Positions 63,740 to 64,000 of a stretch of 64,000 nucleotides of DNA are shown here, piece after piece. Each line of letters begins with the position of its first letter. Position 1 is the first letter of the stretch. Below the pieces are notes generated by a model. That model ran no database searches, was not told where the DNA came from, and worked only from the letters and a program-made list of their open reading frames with translations. The position numbers and the translations under genes are program-made. The stretch is from Nitrosopumilus sp. (lineage in GTDB: Archaea; Thermoproteota; Nitrososphaeria; Nitrososphaerales; Nitrosopumilaceae). The stretch spans positions 1,303,849 through 1,367,848 of the forward strand of contig CBDBLX010000002.1 in NCBI GenBank assembly GCA_965207445.1, given 5' to 3'.

Positions 63740-64000
63740 TTATATCCATATTCTATTGTAAATTTTTATTAGTCCTGATAATTCTACCTTTAATCTCTCT
63801 ATCAACTCGTCTTTGTTTTGATTTTTCGCTACAAGACCTGAAATGCCCATCTCCCTCACCACCTCCATTACACTCTTGAACAAATTCCCAACGTCTGTCT
63901 TTTCTTGATTTAACTTTGAATTATCGTTGCGCAAAAGAACCATGTTTTGATTTAATGCAACTGTGTTCTCTTTCATATAGCCAATCGTATTGCACAATAC
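63740..64000 (-). CDS. Coiled-coil hypothetical protein, runs off the window edge
   Basis: Open frame to the window end; heptad-like composition; paralog fragment at 59.9 kb. Confidence 0.45.
   Translation of the reverse strand, partial: VLCNTIGYMKENTVALNQNMVLLRNDNSKLNQEKTDVGNLFKSVMEVVREMGISGLVAKNQNKDELIERLKVELSGLIKIYNRIWI

Noticed and set aside
1..64000. tRNA, rRNA or reverse-transcriptase/DGR systems
   Set aside because: No cloverleaf, rRNA-like segment or RT ORF recognised; differences between the duplicated CAP segments are not adenine-specific

Overview
AT-rich archaeal DNA, most likely from a Nitrosopumilaceae (Thaumarchaeota) genome and plausibly a Cenarchaeum-like sponge symbiont. 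This is inferred from phaC/phaE, nreA, thaumarchaeal IPxWxK repeat proteins, giant adhesin-like proteins and heavy IS load. A few core genes (purC, nreA, phaE-phaC, birA, a response regulator) are embedded in an accessory, defence-rich mosaic: two type II R-M pairs, Mrr, an orphan Dam-like MTase, a DUF2075 helicase, TcmP/DUF5131, a type ISP remnant, two AAA-ATPase modules and three TA-like pairs. There are three large surface proteins, intact and decayed IS elements (ISH3/IS4, IS481, IS630, IS1595, IS5, IS66) and four families of short non-autonomous elements. Most notable: (1) two unrelated-looking cassettes with the same layout (secreted 4-Cys protein + tiny membrane protein, sharing boundary motifs), a candidate toxin-immunity system; (2) an 81-bp MITE whose GTAACCGTTC end repeatedly sits 48-49 nt upstream of start codons; (3) a 108-bp element with subterminal inverted repeats and an ATGCRT target; (4) an AAA-ATPase + PIN pair and a tandem RelE-fold pair; (5) PhaE with a very long basic disordered tail. 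All family calls come from motif recognition by eye; no searches were run. No rRNA, tRNA or CRISPR array was found.
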